In this document: positions 18,209-27,953 of the stretch, piece by piece
How positions within the stretch are numbered: position 1 is the stretch's first letter
Layout: each line of letters begins with the position of its first letter
Origin: Nitrospirota bacterium
GTDB lineage: Bacteria > JACPQY01
DNA length: 64,000 nucleotides
NCBI GenBank assembly: GCA_016180645.1
Contig: JACPAV010000016.1
Location: 1 to 64,000, forward strand
Direction of reading: 5' to 3'
Position numbers and translations under genes: made by a program
Notes under the pieces: model-generated
What the model was told of the DNA's origin: nothing
What the model saw: the letters and a program-made list of their open reading frames with translations, nothing else
The model's database searches: none

Positions 18209-18437
18209 CCGGCGGGAGCTTCTTGCTGACGGTGTACGGAATCAAGGCCATCTTGCGCGCGCGTTTGACCGCTTCCTTCACCTTGCGCTGGTGCCAGGCG
18301 CATACTCGCGATTGCCGCGCGGAGTTGAGCTTGAATCTCTCCGTCACAAAATGCCGGAGCAGGGCTACATTCTTCCAGTCAATTTCCAATTGGAGGTCGG
18401 AACAGAACCGGCACCGGCGGATGTGCTTCCGGGGCAT
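18192..18437 (-). CDS. rpsR: 30S ribosomal protein S18 (Zn-binding C+ type)
   Basis: CRFC, IDWKNVALLRHFVTER, CAWHQRKVKEAVKRARKMALIPY; alternative TTG start at 18452. Confidence 0.93.
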   Translation of the reverse strand: MPRKHIRRCRFCSDLQLEIDWKNVALLRHFVTERFKLNSARQSRVCAWHQRKVKEAVKRARKMALIPYTVSKKLPPDVLFG

Positions 18438-18448
18438 GCCTCGTGGTT

Positions 18449-18895
18449 TCAAAACGGTATGTCCTCCTCGGCAGGCGGGGCCTGCTCTTCAACTGGCGCC
18501 GGAGCGGTTGGAGCCGTTTCCAACCCCTCCCCGCCCGTGTCGATGGTTGTTTCGCCCTCGGCCCGGCCCTTGGCCGGCCCCATGAATTGGACGCGGTCGG
18601 CAACCACTTCGACCTTGGATCGCTTCTGGCCGTCCTTCTCCCACCGACGCTGCCGCAACCGACCTTCCACCAGGACGCTTCTTCCCTTGGTCAGGTAGTC
18701 CGCGCAGTTCTCGGCCTGTTTGCCGAAGACGACAACATCGAAAAAACTGGCTTCGTCCATAAACTGATCGTTCTTCTTGGTGCGATGATTCACTGCCACG
18801 CCCAAGGTGGCCACCGCCAATCCGCTGGGCGTGAACCGCAATTCGGGGGACCGGGTCAAGTTTCCGATGAGAATGACCTTGCTGTAGCTGGCCAC
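18449..18895 (-). CDS. ssb: Single-stranded DNA-binding protein
   Basis: KVILIGNLTRSPELRFTPSG; C-terminal EEDIPF. Confidence 0.97.
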   Translation of the reverse strand: MASYSKVILIGNLTRSPELRFTPSGLAVATLGVAVNHRTKKNDQFMDEASFFDVVVFGKQAENCADYLTKGRSVLVEGRLRQRRWEKDGQKRSKVEVVADRVQFMGPAKGRAEGETTIDTGGEGLETAPTAPAPVEEQAPPAEEDIPF

Positions 18896-18898
18896 GGC

Positions 18899-19288
18899 CT
18901 ACGCCGGTTGAGGCTGGGAACGCTCTCCGGACGGGGCCGGGGCTGAGGGAGACCGTCTGAGACTGCCCGCCTGCTGCTTCGCCTTCCACTTTTTTTCGTC
19001 CAGGCGGATGGTCATGAACCTAAGAATGCCTTCAAAAAGCCGCAGTTCCTTGCGCACGTTCGCCAGGTCGATGGTTTCCATTTCGTGCGTGAGGAGGAGG
19101 TAGTAGCCTTTCTCCTTGTTCCGGATCGGATAGGCCAACTCGCGCAGGCCCCATCTGTCCTCCCGGACGATTCGGCCGCCCTCCACGCGCGTGAGCGCCT
19201 TGGAAATCCGTTGAGTCAATTGCTCCAGGGCGGACTCCGCCAAGCCGGGCTCAAAAATCAACATGGTTTCGTACAAACCTGCGCTCAC
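18899..19288 (-). CDS. rpsF: 30S ribosomal protein S6
   Basis: YETMLIFEP, WGLRELAYPIRNKEKGYY, ILRFM. Confidence 0.95.
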   Translation of the reverse strand: MSAGLYETMLIFEPGLAESALEQLTQRISKALTRVEGGRIVREDRWGLRELAYPIRNKEKGYYLLLTHEMETIDLANVRKELRLFEGILRFMTIRLDEKKWKAKQQAGSLRRSPSAPAPSGERSQPQPA

Positions 19289-19297
19289 GATCCCACA

Positions 19298-19326
19298 CGT
19301 GTAGCAGCTTCACTTCCGAGTGTCAA
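19298..19326 (-). promoter_or_regulatory. sigma70 promoter of the rpsF operon
   Basis: TTGACA-17 nt-TACACG, 9 nt before the GTG start. Confidence 0.6.
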
Positions 19327-19352
19327 GCCGGGGTTTTCGGCCGGGCCCCGAC

Positions 19353-20165
19353 TCAGGCAACGGGAACTTTCTTGCGTTCCCTTCCTTCTTTTGGCGGCGC
19401 GGGCTTCTGGTATTCGCCCCGTTCGAAATAGGATTTCAACCGGCCTCGGAGTTTGAAGAGGGCCGCTGTGCGGATCTGAGAGACCCGGCTCTCGGTCACT
19501 CCGAGCACCTCTCCCACCTCTTTCATGTTCAGATCTTCATAATAGTAGAGGGTGAGGACCATCCGCTCCTGCTTCGGTAGGTTCTCGATGGCTTCTCCCA
19601 GGAGGTCGCGGACTTCGGTCATGTGGAGTTCCGCAAGAGGGTCATTGACGGTCGGGTCCATCAGGGTCTCGAGGATGTCGCGATCGTCATCGGAGGCGGC
19701 CCGCAACGCCTGCAATTCTTCCAGGCTGATCAGGGAGACCCCCTGCGTGCGGCCGAGCATTTCGTAGAAATCCTCGAGGCTCATCTGGAGTTCTTTTGCC
19801 ACTTCCTCGTCCTCCGGCTGCCGGCCGAGCCGGTTCTCAAGCTCCGTGTAGACGTCTTCGAGTGCGCGAATGTCCTGTCGCATCGGCCGGCTGAGCCAGT
19901 CCTGCGAACGAAGCTCATCCAGAATCGCGCCACGCACGCGGAGGGCCGCGTAGTTCCGGAAGGGAACGCCTTTGGTCTGGTCGAACTTGTCCACCGCATC
20001 GATGAGTCCGAGCACTCCGGCGCTGGTCAGGTCGTCGGCGGAGACGTGCTGGGGGAGACGGGCCTTGAATCGGGCGACTTCATGCCGCACCAGCGGGAGG
20101 TGCTCATCGACGATTTTCTTCTTTTCGTCGGGGCTCTGTTGGGCGTAGGCTCGAGACGTGGTCAT
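19353..20165 (-). CDS. fliA: Flagellar sigma factor sigma28 (FliA/WhiG)
   Basis: GVLGLIDAVDKFD, RVRGAILDELRSQDW, LYYYEDLNMKEVGEVLGVTESRVSQI. Confidence 0.96.
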   Translation of the reverse strand: MTTSRAYAQQSPDEKKKIVDEHLPLVRHEVARFKARLPQHVSADDLTSAGVLGLIDAVDKFDQTKGVPFRNYAALRVRGAILDELRSQDWLSRPMRQDIRALEDVYTELENRLGRQPEDEEVAKELQMSLEDFYEMLGRTQGVSLISLEELQALRAASDDDRDILETLMDPTVNDPLAELHMTEVRDLLGEAIENLPKQERMVLTLYYYEDLNMKEVGEVLGVTESRVSQIRTAALFKLRGRLKSYFERGEYQKPAPPKEGRERKKVPVA

Positions 20166-20204
20166 CGGCCGCTCAGCGCGGGAGCGTCCCGCCGGAAGGC
20201 GGGG

Positions 20205-21467
20205 CTACCGCCTCCCTTTGATGATCAGTTCCGCCAGCCGGTCCGAGGAGGCGACCTCGATGTCCTCCGGAACGCGCTGTCCCACGGTCAGGTACGCGAT
20301 GGGTTTCTTCGCGTACATCAGCACGTTGAAGATGTGCCCGAACGACGAGCATTCGTCCGCCTTCGTGAAGATGATCCGGTCGAATCGCACCTGGTCGAAC
20401 CGGCGGAGGATATCGAGCAGGTCCCGGTCGCGCGTCGGGCATGAAAGAACGAGATAATTCTCCGTATCCGGGCACACGGCCAGGAATTCGGACAGCCGCT
20501 TCATTTGGATCTCGTTGAACTGAGGCGTGCCCACTGTATCCAGGAAGATCACGTCATATCCGGAAAAGCTGTTCAGAAGCACGCGAAGCTCGTTCGGCTC
20601 GTACACCAGCTCGGCCGGTATCGGAATCTGGCTCACGGCCGAGATTGCTTTCGAGAAGAAGCGGACCTGCTCGAAGGCGCCCTTGCGCTCATCGATGGTG
20701 ATCATGGCGACCTTCTTCTTCTGGTGGATGGAAAATTCCGCGGCCAATTTCGCCACGGTGGTGGTCTTTCCCACGCCGGTGACGCCGACGATGGCGACGA
20801 TCTTGGTGCGCCCCTCCTCGAGGAAGATCGGGCCGGACGCCTGGATGAGATGGGCGAGCACCTTCTGAATGTAACCCTCGAGATAGGGGGCGTCGGATAG
20901 TTTGGCCGAAGGCACCTTCGAGTGGATTTCTTCAATGAGCTTGTTGGCCAGGCGCTCTTCGATTCCGCGCTCGATGAGCCGTTCGCACCATTCCATCAGG
21001 CGCGGCGGCAACTGAGGAACGCGGAGATTCTTCTGGTCTTTGATCAACGCCCGCAACATGGCCTTCACTTCGCCCACCTCCTCGGATCGTGGGGTGCCGG
21101 AATCCTGCCGGGAATGAAGCACCTTCTCGACCAAATCCTTGATCTCCTGAAGCCCATCCTGGATCGGTTGGATCAATTCCATGCTCTGGGCCACGGCATT
21201 GAGACGGTCCATCCCTTTCCATGGGGCGGGGTTTGGACCCGGAATGCCATCGCCGTCGATCTCTTCTTCCACGAGGCCCGGGGCGCCCGCCACGGCATCG
21301 TCGATTCCCGCGGTGATTTCCACAAAGGATCGACCCAGGATTCCAAAGGTCCCCTTCCCGCGCTTGACCGTGCGCATGCCGAGGATGACCGCGTCGCGGC
21401 CGAACTCCTCCCTCAGTTTCTTGATCGCGTCTTCCGTGTCGGGTCCGACGAACGTCTTGATTCTCAT
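20205..21467 (-). CDS. flhF: Flagellar SRP-family GTPase FlhF (divergent motifs)
   Basis: MRIKTF..AIKKLREEFGRDAVIL, GVTGVGKTTTVAKLAA, TKADE, GQRVPEDI. Confidence 0.93.
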   Translation of the reverse strand: MRIKTFVGPDTEDAIKKLREEFGRDAVILGMRTVKRGKGTFGILGRSFVEITAGIDDAVAGAPGLVEEEIDGDGIPGPNPAPWKGMDRLNAVAQSMELIQPIQDGLQEIKDLVEKVLHSRQDSGTPRSEEVGEVKAMLRALIKDQKNLRVPQLPPRLMEWCERLIERGIEERLANKLIEEIHSKVPSAKLSDAPYLEGYIQKVLAHLIQASGPIFLEEGRTKIVAIVGVTGVGKTTTVAKLAAEFSIHQKKKVAMITIDERKGAFEQVRFFSKAISAVSQIPIPAELVYEPNELRVLLNSFSGYDVIFLDTVGTPQFNEIQMKRLSEFLAVCPDTENYLVLSCPTRDRDLLDILRRFDQVRFDRIIFTKADECSSFGHIFNVLMYAKKPIAYLTVGQRVPEDIEVASSDRLAELIIKGRR

Positions 21468-23593
21468 GATGGAGCCCGCAGATCCGTCTTCTGAAGATCA
21501 TCCATCCGGATGGTGACAAGGTTCTCCAGTTTCACCTTGGGTTCGATTTCGCCGTAGGACAGCACCACGAGGTGGGGCATGAAGGGCTCCGTCAAATTCT
21601 TGAGATGGCGGCGGATGAGAGGGGCGACGAGTAGGACGGGGTGATATTCCGTCGACATGAGCTTCTCGACTTGTTTCTGCAGAACCAGGAGCAGCTTCTG
21701 CGCCACCTGCGGCTCGATGCTCATGGTCGACTGACCTTCCGCCCGCTGAATCGTGGCCGTCAGGTACTCCTCCAACTTCGGTTCCAGCGTGATCACTTTC
21801 AAGACCCCCTTCGTGGCAAACTGTTTGGAGATGACTCGTTTGAGCGCCTGCCGGACCCCTTCCGTGAGAGCGTATGGATCTTTGACGTTCGGATGGTCCC
21901 CCAGCGTTTCGATCACGGTCAGCAGGTCGCGAATGGAAATCTGTTCCCGAACGAGGTTCTGGAGGACTTTGTGGACATCGCCCAACGTTACCACCTTCGG
22001 GACAACCTCTTCAACCACCTTCGGGAACTTCTGCGCCAGATTGTCGAGCAGATTCTGGACTTCCTGGCGTCCCAATAGTTCATGCGCGTGCGCGCGAATG
22101 ACCTCGGTGAGGTGCGTGGCCACCACCGTCGGCACATCGACCACCATGTAGCCGGCCATGATGGCCTTTTCCTTTTGGTTCTCGTTGATCCAGTAGGCCG
22201 TCATGCCGAAGGCCGGATCCTTGGTCTTCGTGCCTTCGATCTCCCCTTTTACGCCCGGAGGCGCCATGGCCAGGAACGATTTGAGCTGGACCTGATCCCG
22301 CGCCACTTCGATTCCCTTCACCAAAATGGTGTATTCGTGCGGCTTGAGCTGGAGATTGTCGCGGATGTGCACCGGCGGGACGACGATGCCCATCTCAAGC
22401 GCGAATTGCCGTCGAATGCCCTTGATCCGGTCGAGCAACTCACCGTTCTGACCGGCATCCACGAGTGGGATGAGGCCGTATCCGACTTCGAGCTCGATCA
22501 TGTCGAGGGCCAGCAGTTTTTCGACTTTTTCCGGCCCTTCCGGCCTCGCGGCCTTTTTCTTCTCGTCGGCCTCCTTTGACAGAGTTCGACGATCCGTTTG
22601 GAAGGTGATGTAGGCCGAGAGGCCGGTCAGGGCACCCATGAGCACGAACGGAATGGTCGGCAGGCCGGGGATCGCCCCCGCAGTGAACAGAAACCCGGCG
22701 GCGATGCTGAGGGCGCGGGGATAGCTGAACATCTGTTTCGCGAGTTCCCCCGCCAGGTCCCTGGCCCCGACGGTTCGGGAGACGATCAAGCCGGACCCCA
22801 CGGAGATGAGGAACGAGGGAATGATGGCCACCAGCCCGTCCCCCACCGTCAGGATCGTGTAGGTCTGGAGGGCGAGCATGATGTCCATCCCCTTCATGAC
22901 GACCCCGATGATGAGGCCCGCGATGAGGTTCACCACGGTGATGATGGCTCCGGCCACCGCATCACCCCGGACAAACTTGCTGGCGCCGTCCATGGCGCCG
23001 TAGAAATCCGCTTCTTGCTGGATTTCCTTCCGCCGATCCTTGGCTTCCTGTTCGTTGATGAGTCCCGCGTTCAAGTCCGCGTCGATGGCCATCTGCTTGC
23101 CGGGCATGCTGTCCAAAGTGAATCGCGCGGCGACCTCCGCGATACGGCCCGAGCCCTTCGTGATGACCGCGAAGTTGATGACGTTGAGAATGATGAAGAT
23201 GACGATGCCGACGATGTAACTGCCCCCCACCACGTACTGGCCGAAGGCCATGATGACGGTCCCGGCCGCATCGAGTCCTTGATCGCCGTAAAGAAGGATT
23301 CGCCGCGTGGAGGCCACGTTCAGGGAGAGCCTGAACAGCGTCGTCATCAGGAGGAGCGTCGGGAAAACGGAGAACTCGAGCGGCTTGAACGTGTACATCG
23401 TCACGAGGAGGATCAGGAGGGCCGTGGTGATGTTGATCGTGAGGAGCACGTCCAGCACCGGAGCCGGGAGGGGAATCATGAGAACGCTGATGCTGCCGAC
23501 CACGAAGAGGGACAGGATGATGTCGGAATTCCGGGTGATCCACTTCGGAGTCATGATCCCGGGAAGGGACGGTGCGGGAACGGGGGTTGCCAT
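21464..23593 (-). CDS. flhA: Flagellar export gate protein FlhA
   Basis: LFRLSLNVASTR, VITKGSGRIAEVAARFTLDSMPGKQMAIDADL. Confidence 0.98.
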   Translation of the reverse strand: MATPVPAPSLPGIMTPKWITRNSDIILSLFVVGSISVLMIPLPAPVLDVLLTINITTALLILLVTMYTFKPLEFSVFPTLLLMTTLFRLSLNVASTRRILLYGDQGLDAAGTVIMAFGQYVVGGSYIVGIVIFIILNVINFAVITKGSGRIAEVAARFTLDSMPGKQMAIDADLNAGLINEQEAKDRRKEIQQEADFYGAMDGASKFVRGDAVAGAIITVVNLIAGLIIGVVMKGMDIMLALQTYTILTVGDGLVAIIPSFLISVGSGLIVSRTVGARDLAGELAKQMFSYPRALSIAAGFLFTAGAIPGLPTIPFVLMGALTGLSAYITFQTDRRTLSKEADEKKKAARPEGPEKVEKLLALDMIELEVGYGLIPLVDAGQNGELLDRIKGIRRQFALEMGIVVPPVHIRDNLQLKPHEYTILVKGIEVARDQVQLKSFLAMAPPGVKGEIEGTKTKDPAFGMTAYWINENQKEKAIMAGYMVVDVPTVVATHLTEVIRAHAHELLGRQEVQNLLDNLAQKFPKVVEEVVPKVVTLGDVHKVLQNLVREQISIRDLLTVIETLGDHPNVKDPYALTEGVRQALKRVISKQFATKGVLKVITLEPKLEEYLTATIQRAEGQSTMSIEPQVAQKLLLVLQKQVEKLMSTEYHPVLLVAPLIRRHLKNLTEPFMPHLVVLSYGEIEPKVKLENLVTIRMDDLQKTDLRAPS

Positions 23594-23654
23594 TCCTTAC
23601 GCCGCCCCTCTCCGTTCTACTTCGGGGACAGCGAAATGAAAAACCATGAACATC

Positions 23655-24725
23655 TTACGCCGCCTTGTTTTTCATCCGGTAGATGTGCGCCAGAACTTGC
23701 GCCACGGCGGCAAAGACTTCCACGGGGATCTGGCCGCCGATATCCACCCGATCGTACAGTTCACGGGCGAGGTATTGGTCCACCCAGATGGGAACCCCGT
23801 TGGCCTTCGCGAGGTCCCGGATGCGCTCGGCGATCAGTCGCGCGCCCTTGGCCACGACCACCGGGGCCGTCATGGAACCTGAGTCATACTTGATGGCCAC
23901 CGCGAGAAAAATCGGATTCGTAATCACGACGTCGGCCTTGGGAACTTCCTGCATCATTCGTTTCATGGCCGCCTCGCGCTGTTTCTGACGCATCTTCGAT
24001 TTGACCTGCGGGTCACCTTCCCTCTGCTTGAATTCGTCCTTGACCTCCTCCTTGGTCATCTTGAGGCTCTGCTCGTGCTCCCATTTCTGGTAGGCGTAGT
24101 CCAGGATGGCGATCACGACCATGATCAGACCGATGTAGATGAACAACTTGGTGGCCACCTTCAAGATGTAGGCCGCGATCGCGGGAACGGACATGTCCGT
24201 GATGTAAGGAATGAGCTTCAGTTCCTTCTTCACCACCAGGTACGCGACGGCGCCGACGACGACCAGTTTCACCGAGGATTTCGCCAATTCCACAAATCCA
24301 TTCAGGGAGATGAGACGTTGGAGTCCCATCAGCGGATTGAGCTTCGCGAGGTTGGGCGTAAGCGACTCCGTGCTGAAGATGAAGCCTACCTGGGCGATGT
24401 TGCCGAGGACGCCGGCGATCAAGAGAACGATCAGGATGGGGGCGATGATCTTGGCGGAGATGGTCGCGATGCCGATGGCGTACGAGTAGAAACCTTGAAG
24501 GGTGAAATCCGGCTGGTGGAGGTGACTGAAGGTCTGCCCCATGAAGGCGCCCAATCCCTCGAACATCTTGGAGCCGAACCAATACAGCGCCAGAAGACTG
24601 GCGAAGAGTACAACGACATTGGAGATTTCCTTGCTCCGGGCCACCTGGCCCTGGCTCTGCGCCTCCGAGCGGCGTTTGGCGGTAGGGGCCTCCGTCTTGG
24701 ATGGATCTCGACCGAAAATCGGCAT
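23655..24725 (-). CDS. flhB: Flagellar export switch protein FlhB
   Basis: KTEAPTAKRR, LKMTKEEVKDEFKQREGDPQVK, ADVVITNPIF (NPTH variant). Confidence 0.97.
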   Translation of the reverse strand: MPIFGRDPSKTEAPTAKRRSEAQSQGQVARSKEISNVVVLFASLLALYWFGSKMFEGLGAFMGQTFSHLHQPDFTLQGFYSYAIGIATISAKIIAPILIVLLIAGVLGNIAQVGFIFSTESLTPNLAKLNPLMGLQRLISLNGFVELAKSSVKLVVVGAVAYLVVKKELKLIPYITDMSVPAIAAYILKVATKLFIYIGLIMVVIAILDYAYQKWEHEQSLKMTKEEVKDEFKQREGDPQVKSKMRQKQREAAMKRMMQEVPKADVVITNPIFLAVAIKYDSGSMTAPVVVAKGARLIAERIRDLAKANGVPIWVDQYLARELYDRVDIGGQIPVEVFAAVAQVLAHIYRMKNKAA

Positions 24726-24728
24726 CGG

Positions 24729-25511
24729 TTATTGCCCCATCAGCCGGAAGGCCATCGCCAAATTCCGTTCGATCGACGGCATGTTTTTCAAGATCATGAA
24801 GCTCACCACCGGAATCATCGCGCCGAGAGCGATGACACCCATCATCAGCTTGACGGGAATACCGACCATCAGGATGTTCATTTGCGGCACGGTGCGCGCC
24901 ACCAACGCCATGGCCACCTCTACCATCAGCAGAATTCCCATGACGGGCGCCGCAAGCTTGACTCCCAACACAAACAGATCGCCCGCCAGCGAAAACAGAT
25001 AGGAGATGATGCGCCCGCTGAAATGGGCGCTCATGAGCGGCACCAGGGTGAAACTTTTCGCAACGGTCCGAATGATCATGTGGTGACCGTCCACCAACAG
25101 GAACAACATGAAGGCAATGAGAATCTTGACCTGCGCCAGAATCGTGATTTGCCGCTCGCCCTGAGGATCCAAGATGTTGGCCATGCCGAACCCGATCTGG
25201 ACGCCCAGCCATTCGCCCGCCATTTCGACGGAGGCAAAGAAGAACTCGATGACCATGCCGACGGTCACGCCCACCAACAACTCCGAGCCCAGCCCGAGGA
25301 GGAGGTCGATCGGTCCCCCCAGAGGACGGATGCTCTCGGGATCGACCGTCGGAAAGATGAGAAAAGAGAGCACCAAGGACAGTCCGGTTTTTGCCAGGAG
25401 CGGAAGATTCCGGGCCCCCAGGATGGGCGCCACGAACATAATGCCGCTGATCCGGAACACCACCAGGGCAAACCGTTCAACCTGGGAGAGATCGACCGTG
25501 ATCAGATCCAT
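24729..25511 (-). CDS. fliR: Flagellar export protein FliR
   Basis: AGEWLGVQIGFGMA, DGHH, ARTVPQMNILMVGIP. Confidence 0.96.
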   Translation of the reverse strand: MDLITVDLSQVERFALVVFRISGIMFVAPILGARNLPLLAKTGLSLVLSFLIFPTVDPESIRPLGGPIDLLLGLGSELLVGVTVGMVIEFFFASVEMAGEWLGVQIGFGMANILDPQGERQITILAQVKILIAFMLFLLVDGHHMIIRTVAKSFTLVPLMSAHFSGRIISYLFSLAGDLFVLGVKLAAPVMGILLMVEVAMALVARTVPQMNILMVGIPVKLMMGVIALGAMIPVVSFMILKNMPSIERNLAMAFRLMGQ

Positions 25512-25517
25512 GTCCGC

Positions 25518-25790
25518 CTACTGCGCCAACATCAGCGGATACGTGCTCAGCATCTGCACCATGAAGTCCAGAAGCATTTGGAGCATCCACGGACCGAATA
25601 CGATGAGTGCGATGCCGGTGAGGGCGATTTTCGGCACAAACGTCAACGTCATTTCCTGGAGCTGGGTGACGGCCTGGAAAAGGCTGATGAGCACCCCCGC
25701 GATCATGGCCACGGCCAGGGCGGGCGCCGCGACCAGAAAGGTCATCTCCATCGTGCGCCGGGCGATGGTCATGACGAATTCCTGGGTCAC
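25518..25790 (-). CDS. fliQ: Flagellar export protein FliQ
   Basis: GVLISLFQAVTQLQEMTLTFVPKI; GTG start with a GGAGG SD. Confidence 0.96.
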   Translation of the reverse strand: MTQEFVMTIARRTMEMTFLVAAPALAVAMIAGVLISLFQAVTQLQEMTLTFVPKIALTGIALIVFGPWMLQMLLDFMVQMLSTYPLMLAQ

Positions 25791-25836
25791 CCGCCACCTC
25801 CGGTGCATTTCCAATTTGAAATGTGAAATTTCAGAG

Positions 25837-26589
25837 TCACATCCGGAAACCTTTCACGAGGGACGTGATGACGAGATGCCACCCGTCCACCAAGACGAAC
25901 AGCATGAGCTTGAACGGGAGAGAAATCAGAACGGGCGGAAGGAACAGCATGCCCATGGAAAGCAGGATGCTGGACACGACCATGTCGATCACGATGAACG
26001 GCATGTAGATGAGGAATCCGATCTGAAACGCGGTCTTGACCTCGCTGATGATGAAGGCCGGGATCAGGATACGGTTGGGGACATCGTCCTTGGTGTGCGG
26101 CCGTTCGAGGTTCGCCACCGAAACGAAAAGCCCGATGTCCTTCTCCCGCGTCTGCTTGAACATGAAATTCCGGAGAGGCCCCATGGTTTCGTCATAGGCC
26201 TCCTTGAGCGAGATCTCCTTCTTCATGTACGGCTGGAGGGCTTTCTCATTGATTTCGTCCCACACGGGCCCCATCGTAAAAAAAGTCAGGAACATGGCCA
26301 GGCCGGCGAGGACCTGGTTCGGCGGCATCTGCTGCGTTCCCAGAGCCTGCCGCATGAAAAGCAGCACCACCATGATGCGGGTGAAGGAGGTCATCATGGC
26401 CAGAATGGACGGAGCGAGGCTGAGCACCGTCATCAACAGGACGATCTGGAGCGTCATGGCGACATCCTGCGGATTTTGCGCCGCATCCAGACCGAACGTG
26501 ATTTTGGGGATGGGAACGTTTTGCGCCCATGCGGCTCCGGGCAGGAGCAGCATCAGGAGCAACCCCGATCTCAGTGCGTTCCTTCGCAT
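25837..26589 (-). CDS. fliP: Flagellar export protein FliP
   Basis: MMTSFTRI, LGTQQMPPNQVL, PAFIISEVKTAFQIGF, ISLPFKLMLFVLVDGW. Confidence 0.97.
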   Translation of the reverse strand: MRRNALRSGLLLMLLLPGAAWAQNVPIPKITFGLDAAQNPQDVAMTLQIVLLMTVLSLAPSILAMMTSFTRIMVVLLFMRQALGTQQMPPNQVLAGLAMFLTFFTMGPVWDEINEKALQPYMKKEISLKEAYDETMGPLRNFMFKQTREKDIGLFVSVANLERPHTKDDVPNRILIPAFIISEVKTAFQIGFLIYMPFIVIDMVVSSILLSMGMLFLPPVLISLPFKLMLFVLVDGWHLVITSLVKGFRM

Positions 26590-26668
26590 GATGACCCTAC
26601 CTCCGGTCCCGCCACCCCTCTCTACCCCTCGTGTCTTCGCTGGGGGCCGGGACGTTTCTCCGATTGGC

Positions 26669-27391
26669 CTACGCTTGTCTCTTGAGCCTCTGAATTTCCT
26701 CCAGCATGGTTTTCTTCCAGGCGGCCAGCGGCATCCCGCCGCCTTCTCCACGCTTCGGAGACGGTGACCCCACAGACCATCGGGACTCTGCGCCGCCTCC
26801 CATCGCCCGCCGTTCGGTCGGCTTCGCCGCCGCAGGCGCCTCTTCTTCAATCGCCACCGGTCGCGCCTCACGGCGATGCTCGTTCACGCGGGAAAGAAAT
26901 TGCACGCCCGACCCGACGGTCGCCAGCAGGAACTTGTCGCCGAAGGCCTCCACCACCATCAGATTCTTTCGCGGGCCGAGGAACAGGGTATCGACCACCC
27001 GTATGAACTTACCCCGCGACCCCACGGCCGTTCCCTTCAGGATGTATCTCTTCGCGAAAAACGCCAGTCCGAAGATCAGCGCAAGGACAAAGCCGACGGC
27101 GGTTACGGTGCGCAGGGCGCTCCTGAGGAGGCCCCCATCCTCCGCCATGGGAAAAGCGGACGATTCAAACCTCGGATTGATCCCCAAGGCCTCCCCCGTG
27201 TCGGCCGGCGCCGCTGCGGGTTCCGCCTGCGGCGCGGCGACAGGGTGGCCGCTCGAATCGCCTTCTCCGAAACGGAACGAAGGGGACGGCGTCGGACTTC
27301 CGAAGAAATCGGAGTCGGCTTCCTGCGCCCACGCGGGCGTCGCCGCCAACACCAAGACCAAGATCCACCCTTTGACCCCCATGTTCGTCAT
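26669..27391 (-). CDS. fliO: Flagellar biogenesis protein FliO
   Basis: Signal peptide, one TM, IRVVDTLFLGPRKNLMVVEAFGDKFLL; lies between fliN and fliP. Confidence 0.85.
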   Translation of the reverse strand: MTNMGVKGWILVLVLAATPAWAQEADSDFFGSPTPSPSFRFGEGDSSGHPVAAPQAEPAAAPADTGEALGINPRFESSAFPMAEDGGLLRSALRTVTAVGFVLALIFGLAFFAKRYILKGTAVGSRGKFIRVVDTLFLGPRKNLMVVEAFGDKFLLATVGSGVQFLSRVNEHRREARPVAIEEEAPAAAKPTERRAMGGGAESRWSVGSPSPKRGEGGGMPLAAWKKTMLEEIQRLKRQA

Positions 27392-27404
27392 CCCCTTTCG
27401 CGTC

Positions 27405-27953
27405 CTAGACCAGTTTCTTCACCCTCTCCGCTTGAGAAATAATATCGGTCAACCGAACTCCGAACTTCTCGTTCACCACCACCACCTCGCCCCTCGCCAC
27501 CAGGGTTCCATTCACCATGACTTCCACCGGTTCCCCGGCCAGTTTCTGAAGTTCAACGATGGACCCCAGGCCCAGCCGGAGGAAATCCTGTACCATGACC
27601 CGCGCCTTCCCCAATTCGGCCGTAACCTCCAGCGGAATATCCAGGATAATTTCCAGGTTCCGGGGCTCCCCCAGCCCGCCACCGGAGGCCTCGATCGTGG
27701 CGAACGTTTTGGCCTGGACCTGCCGGTCCGAGACCGGCGCGGCCCCCGCAGGTTTGGCCTCCGATCCCGACACTTCCTGCATCATCGAGTCCCATCCCGC
27801 GTCCATCTTCACATCACCCGGGGGCGCGGCCGCCGCGGCACCCTCCGCGGGCGCCGCAGCGCCTCCGCCTTCGGGCTTGGCTTCCTCCCCTCCGGTGGAC
27901 CAGAAATCGTCCAGCGACGGGATTTCGCCTTCCTTGGTTGGATCATCCGCCAT
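27405..27953 (-). CDS. fliN: Flagellar motor switch protein FliN
   Basis: ILDIPLEVTAELG, LAGEPVEVMVNGTLVARGEVVVVNEKFGVR. Confidence 0.96.
   Translation of the reverse strand: MADDPTKEGEIPSLDDFWSTGGEEAKPEGGGAAAPAEGAAAAAPPGDVKMDAGWDSMMQEVSGSEAKPAGAAPVSDRQVQAKTFATIEASGGGLGEPRNLEIILDIPLEVTAELGKARVMVQDFLRLGLGSIVELQKLAGEPVEVMVNGTLVARGEVVVVNEKFGVRLTDIISQAERVKKLV

Noticed and set aside
26738-26765. REP-like hairpin in the fliO 3' region (ccgccttctccacgcttcggagacgg) as a third intragenic insertion
   Set aside because: Single short imperfect copy with no clear match elsewhere in the window; cannot be supported without a genome search.
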